DNA from: Verrucomicrobiota bacterium
Lineage (GTDB): Bacteria > Verrucomicrobiota > Kiritimatiellia > CAIKKV01 > CAITUY01
Reading direction: 5' to 3'
Length of the DNA stretch: 52,238 nucleotides
Assembly: GCA_011391785.1 (NCBI GenBank)
Contig: JAABPW010000325.1
Coordinates: 1-52,238 of the forward strand
Shown: positions 48,668 through 52,238 of the stretch, in pieces
Position numbering within the stretch: position 1 is the first letter of the stretch
Layout: every line of letters begins with the position of its first letter
Translations under genes and position numbers: made by a program
Notes under the pieces: model-generated
The model's database searches: none
Told to the model about the DNA's origin: nothing
Seen by the model: the letters and a program-made list of their open reading frames with translations, nothing else

Positions 48668-49022
48668 GGGGGCGACTGGTTTCGACGTGTTGGTTGAAGC
48701 CTCAGTGGCGTGCCGAGGACTCCGGTTGGCCTCGTTAAACACTTCCGGAAAAAACATAAAAGCGAACACTGAGTACGCTCTCGCGGCTTAATTGACTGCG
48801 ACGTCTCCCCGCCAACACCTGCTAGGCGGAGTGAGGCGACAATAGCAGGGTAGTCCTGAGGTTGGGTGACCGGGCCCCGGGGCGAAACTTAACGTGGACA
48901 CTGGTTACAGAGGTGGCCTGACGGTCGGCAGCCGCTGTAACGAGATTAAAAGATCGGATACGCACGTAGAAGCTGTGGTGACTCCAGTACGGACGGGAGT
49001 TCGATTCTCCCCGCCTCCACCA
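48668..49022 (+). ncRNA. ssrA: tmRNA; tag peptide (A)ANTEYALAA encoded at 48762-48791
   Basis: 5' GGGGGCG pairs with 3' CGCCTCC-ACCA giving the G3.U wobble; T-arm GGGAG-TTCGATT-CTCCC; tag ORF GCG AAC ACT GAG TAC GCT CTC GCG GCT TAA. Confidence 0.97.
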
Positions 49023-49093
49023 ACCTTTGCTCGCAGCGCAGCAAGAGCAAAGGTTGTCACGCCGTAGTCCCTGTACTCAGGGCGAAGGCGGAC
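49021..49093. repeat. Hairpin plus REP-like element immediately after tmRNA (possible terminator)
   Basis: 12-bp perfect stem CAACCTTTGCTC/GAGCAAAGGTTG (49021-49056), then CGCCGTAGTCCCTG..CAGGGCGAAGGCG. Confidence 0.6.
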
Positions 49094-49107
49094 GGCGGAC
49101 TCTTGGC

Positions 49108-49971
49108 TCATCGACCAGACTCCTGCACCCGCCGCCTCCTGATCTCCAGATTCCCGTACACGATGGCATTCCCGAACACTGCCCGCGACATGGAAAGAAC
49201 GTTCCCTCGGGGGGTGATGATGCAGCTATGGCCCCGGCCAGGCCATTCCTCGTCCACTGTCGGACTGGTCCAGTTGGCCGCCACAACGTCAAATCCATAC
49301 GGGATTACCGCCTTCTCCGGAAAAGATTTCCCAAACCAGGACTCCTCGTTCGGCCCATACCATCCCACGGAATAAAGAACGATATCGGCGCCACCCTTAG
49401 CCAACAACGGAGGCAGTACATGAAAATCGTAACAGATCATAAGCCCGATCCTGCCGTATTCGGTCTCCACGATCTGGACCGGCAAATCACCCGCCGTACA
49501 CCAGGTCGAGTCACCCGGCGTCCACAGGATTTTCTTCCGGTGATGGGCAATGATCGCCCCCTGAGGGTTTAGGAGAACCTGCGAATTGTAGAACGCGTTG
49601 CTGGAGGATTCTATGAGGCCGGCACAAAGGTAGATCCGTAATTCCTGCGCCAGGCTGGAAAGCCTCAGAGTCGAGGGGCCGGGCACCGTCTCGGCAACCT
49701 TACTCACATCCGTTGCCCCGGGGCCTGAAGATGACCAACTGGTCCAGGTTGTCGGGTCGAGGTAGCCTTGGACGGCACACTCCGGCAGGACAATAATCTT
49801 GGCACCCTGTGAGGCCGCCTGCCTGACGAGATTGGTGATGTTTTTGAGGTTGTCAGCCGTCCTTCCCATGGCCGAGGGGCATTGGATGGCCGCAACGCAA
49901 ACCTTTCCCGTACTGGCTGCAGCGATGCCGCCGGATACCAGTACCGTCAATATGCCCAGGATGATCTTCAT
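49108..49971 (-). CDS. Carbon-nitrogen hydrolase (nitrilase superfamily) with signal peptide
   Basis: Catalytic triad contexts LPE, HRK, ICYD; N-terminal MKIILGILTVLVSGGIAAA. Confidence 0.9.
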   Translation of the reverse strand: MKIILGILTVLVSGGIAAASTGKVCVAAIQCPSAMGRTADNLKNITNLVRQAASQGAKIIVLPECAVQGYLDPTTWTSWSSSGPGATDVSKVAETVPGPSTLRLSSLAQELRIYLCAGLIESSSNAFYNSQVLLNPQGAIIAHHRKKILWTPGDSTWCTAGDLPVQIVETEYGRIGLMICYDFHVLPPLLAKGGADIVLYSVGWYGPNEESWFGKSFPEKAVIPYGFDVVAANWTSPTVDEEWPGRGHSCIITPRGNVLSMSRAVFGNAIVYGNLEIRRRRVQESGR

Positions 49972-49989
49972 TTTTCTAAGAGGGATCCG

Positions 49990-50091
49990 TTACATCCGCT
50001 CAACGAAAGGCTTGAAATAGTAGTCTAGCAATACGGCTGAAGCCACCAGCATGATGCCGTTGTCAATGAACTGTGCAATCAATCTGGCCAT
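49990..50091 (-). other. 33-aa ORF (MARLIAQFIDNGIMLVASAVLLDYYFKPFVERM), possible truncated cassette gene
   Basis: ATG lies ~20 nt after the decayed attC, where a cassette ORF would start; below the ORF-track length cut-off. Confidence 0.35.
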
Positions 50092-50110
50092 GATATTCTA
50101 TTCTACGATG

Positions 50111-50171
50111 TCCAATCGTTCAGCGCTGAGGATCGTCGAGCTTGCGAACCGTATCCGGCACTTGGTTCGCT
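50111..50171 (-). mobile_element. Degenerate integron attC site
   Basis: R'' AGCGAAC is the exact complement of the GTTCGCT that opens this cassette; internal pairing is partial and R' is decayed (GATTGGA). Confidence 0.6.
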
Positions 50172-50473
50172 GTTTTACTTCTCTCGTTGTTCCAAAGATA
50201 TAACGAGACGATCAAACCATATATGACGAGGATCCCTCCACCAAAGTAAACCGGATCGGGATGGAGGAAGTAACCAGTGACAATCAGCTTTTTACGATAG
50301 CTCGTGATTCTGGGGCCATCACCAGCTTGAGTCCATCCTGACTGTTCGCTTACAACTTCCGTCTTCCGCGTTTCGGTCTCTCCTGTTTGTGCATACCTCG
50401 GACAGATCAATATCCAGAGGACAGTGAGGATTTGCGCCGCAATCAAGTATCCCGCGATTTTTTTCATAATCAT
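50120..50473 (-). CDS. Small hypothetical membrane protein in an integron gene cassette
   Basis: Two hydrophobic segments; lower GC; starts 10 nt after GTTCGCT with a GGGGAG RBS; C-terminus reads through the attC. Confidence 0.7.
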   Translation of the reverse strand: MIMKKIAGYLIAAQILTVLWILICPRYAQTGETETRKTEVVSEQSGWTQAGDGPRITSYRKKLIVTGYFLHPDPVYFGGGILVIYGLIVSLYLWNNERSKTANQVPDTVRKLDDPQR

Positions 50474-50483
50474 TTAACTCCCC

Positions 50484-50545
50484 AGCGAACGGCGAAAGTC
50501 AGGTTCCGAGCGGAACGCGAGGCAACCTGGACTTTCTGGTTCGAT
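50484..50545 (-). mobile_element. Integron attC site (62 bp)
   Basis: ATCGAAC-CAGAA-AGTCCAGG...CCTGACT-TTCGCC-GTTCGCT: R'' + 5 nt + 8-nt L'' with an extra C, 7-nt L' + 6 nt + R'; starts at the relE stop codon. Confidence 0.85.
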
Positions 50546-50799
50546 CATTTTTCATAGATTTCCCGTCGGTGGCCAATTCGCAGGACAAGGACTTGTGTTC
50601 CCAAGATGGCATAAATGACACGGTAATCACCGACGCGAAATTTTCTCAACCCGGCAAACTGGCCTTTCAAAACAGGATATGAATCTGCGCGCGAGGCGAG
50701 ATCCTTCTCAATCTTGTCGAGTATCCGCCTAGCTTCGGCCTTGCCGAGACTCGCGAGATCTTTCGACACACTCTTCTTGTAGGTGATTTCAAAGGCCAA
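50545..50799 (-). CDS. relE: Type II toxin, RelE/ParE family
   Basis: KDLASLGK..ARRILDKI, LKGQFAGLRKFRVGDYRVIY, IGHRREIY; overlaps the antitoxin stop. Confidence 0.92.
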   Translation of the reverse strand: MAFEITYKKSVSKDLASLGKAEARRILDKIEKDLASRADSYPVLKGQFAGLRKFRVGDYRVIYAILGTQVLVLRIGHRREIYEK

Positions 50800-51007
50800 G
50801 GGATTTCCTCAATTCGTGGCCGGACACAACCGCATCCTTTTGATCGCGTAGCCGATCAAGGGCAATTTGCACATCGGCAAAGTCAGCAATGTAGGATTCC
50901 AATGCCCTTTGAATATGGAAGGAGCGGGGCCTTTCCGTTTCATCCGCAATATGGGTCAGTTCATTGACCAGACCATCAGGCAATCGAATTGATACAGCAA
51001 TACTCAT
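50789..51007 (-). CDS. Ribbon-helix-helix antitoxin (CopG/RelB-like)
   Basis: VSIRLP..L...L..IA..T.RPRSF.I..AL..Y RHH pattern; GAGGAG RBS; directly upstream of the toxin. Confidence 0.88.
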   Translation of the reverse strand: MSIAVSIRLPDGLVNELTHIADETERPRSFHIQRALESYIADFADVQIALDRLRDQKDAVVSGHELRKSLGL

Positions 51008-51019
51008 GTCATCTCCTCA

Positions 51020-51066
51020 TGTATTCTTGTGTAATACAATGTATGCAATGCCATCATTACTGTCAA
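51020..51066 (-). promoter_or_regulatory. Toxin-antitoxin promoter with palindromic operator
   Basis: TTGACA-N17-TACATT; TGTATT-N7-AATACA (51020-51038) and ATACA-A-TGTAT (51034-51044) overlap the -10/+1 region. Confidence 0.75.
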
Positions 51067-51214
51067 TTTCATTTTTGTTTTGAGCAGGATGTCCCATCTC
51101 CCCCCATGTCGACAGACGTCTGCCCCGTACGGTTTTACCTTTAAACCTTCTATTGAAAGTGTTACCTATTTTCGCGTGAATTTTAAGTCCATTATCCGGT
51201 CGATACCATACTCC

Positions 51215-51952
51215 ATGCGCCCACTGATCACCGCGCTACGAACCTTGACCTGCCTCCCTGTCCCGGGAACCGATTCCATCAGCCTGGCAGCGGCCCTGCC
51301 CTATTTCCCGGCGGTCGGCCTGCTGATTGGCGCCATCACCGCCGGGATCCTCTATGGTGCCAGCCTCAGTGGATGGGCAGGTGGATCGGGAACGGTCGCC
51401 ATGATCGCGGTTGTGTGGCTCACCCGCGGACTGCATGTGGACGGGCTGGCCGATGTCGCTGACGCCTTGGGCGCCGGACGCACCAGGGAACGTCGGCTGG
51501 AGATCATGAAGGATCCGCACATGGGTGCCTTCGGGGTCATGGCCATCGTCGGCGACCTGCTCCTGAAAGCCGCGGCCCTCGCCCATCTGGCAGCCCTGAA
51601 CCAGTGGATCCTTGTCATCCTTCCCTTCATCATCTCCCGCAGTGCCCAGGTCCTCCTGGCCGTCTCGCTCCCCTACGCGCGCCGCGAAGGCGGCAAAGCG
51701 GGGCCGTTTGTGGACCATGCCCGCATCCTGCATTTCGTCCTGGCCATCGTGACCGCCCTGCTCTTCTGTGGCACCCTTGCGGGACTGACCGGAATCATCC
51801 TGCTAAGCCAGGGCCTGCTTGCCGCCATCCTGCTCCGCCTCTGGATGAAACATCACTTCGGCGGCATCACCGGGGACCTGCTGGGAATGTCGAATGAACT
51901 CATCGAAACCAGCCTCCTCGCCTTCCTGGCCTTTATCAGCCCCACCGTTTAA
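51215..51952 (+). CDS. cobS: Adenosylcobinamide-GDP ribazoletransferase (cobalamin synthase)
   Basis: FPAVGLLIG, TRGLHVDGLADVAD, IMKDPHMGAFG, GGITGDLLG..NE..E. Confidence 0.95.
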   Translation: MRPLITALRTLTCLPVPGTDSISLAAALPYFPAVGLLIGAITAGILYGASLSGWAGGSGTVAMIAVVWLTRGLHVDGLADVADALGAGRTRERRLEIMKDPHMGAFGVMAIVGDLLLKAAALAHLAALNQWILVILPFIISRSAQVLLAVSLPYARREGGKAGPFVDHARILHFVLAIVTALLFCGTLAGLTGIILLSQGLLAAILLRLWMKHHFGGITGDLLGMSNELIETSLLAFLAFISPTV

Positions 51953-52030
51953 TAAAACGGGCACTCAAGAGCAGAAAGAAGAAGATTTACCACGGAGGGG
52001 CGGAGGTTGAGAGAGAGGGGGGAAAGAAAA

Positions 52031-52126
52031 TGTTTCACGAATTTCACAGGGCCGGAGTACCTGCCCCGTGAAATTCATAAAACACCTCCCGGTGAAGAGT
52101 GCCTCCGTCGCTAAAGCTATGGAGGC
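52031..52126. repeat. Two adjacent REP-like palindromes
   Basis: TGTTTCACGAATTTCACAGGGC...GCCCCGTGAAATTCATAAAACA (52031-52084) and GCCTCCGTCGC-TAAA-GCTATGGAGGC (52101-52126). Confidence 0.6.
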
Positions 52127-52194
52127 CAAGGGAAGAAGGTTTTGTTTGTCCGAAGGGCAGATGGAGTCTCGGTATTCTTCTTCAGGAGAGGGTT

Positions 52195-52238
52195 GCGGCA
52201 ATTTTCAAATGGGGTACTCGCCATTTTAAAATTGCCGC
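52195..52238. repeat. Inverted repeat with 18-bp arms running to the window edge
   Basis: GCGGCAATTTTCAAATGG-ggtactcg-CCATTTTAAAATTGCCGC, one mismatch. Confidence 0.75.

Noticed and set aside
48990-51200. tmRNA-integrated island with a duplicated att site
   Set aside because: No second copy of the tmRNA 3' end and no integrase found downstream in the window
51067-51214. attI site, or cobalamin riboswitch upstream of cobS
   Set aside because: No GTTCGAT core matching the TA cassette, no B12-box motif, and the region is short and AT-rich
51965-52201. 78-aa minus-strand ORF
   Set aside because: Runs through stacked palindromic repeats and has no protein-like features

Overview
GC-rich bacterial chromosomal segment. 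The MurC-MurB fusion, Thr-Asn-rich beta-helix surface protein and NfnAB/FprA genes suggest an anaerobic PVC-superphylum organism (Kiritimatiellota/Verrucomicrobiota-like; inference). Most of it is housekeeping: folC, lptF/G, murC-murB, ridA, fprA, mscS, nfnAB, rlmB, ruvAC, yebC, an EF-G paralog, rsmB, rlmN, murJ, azoR, ispD, a MurU-AmgK-like fusion, tmRNA and cobS. Four regions stand out. (1) A ~10.4 kb insert between lptF/G and murC is bounded by a 19-bp direct repeat. It carries a ~1890-aa beta-helix protein, an IS91-family transposase remnant and a ~1260-aa aromatic-Pro repeat protein. Its left edge holds a 79-bp copy of an internal murB segment that differs from murB only at synonymous positions. 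(2) An integrase-less cluster of integron cassettes (one well-formed attC, one decayed attC, a RelBE cassette) lies downstream of tmRNA. (3) A coupled pair of SPFH proteins with triplicated N-terminal subdomains is followed by a PAP2-ArnT fusion and a DedA/VTT gene. (4) Several different REP/MITE-like palindromes occur, including an ~80-bp inverted pair flanking NUDIX-folC. No CRISPR array, rRNA or tRNA was seen. All calls come from reading motifs by eye; no database search was run.
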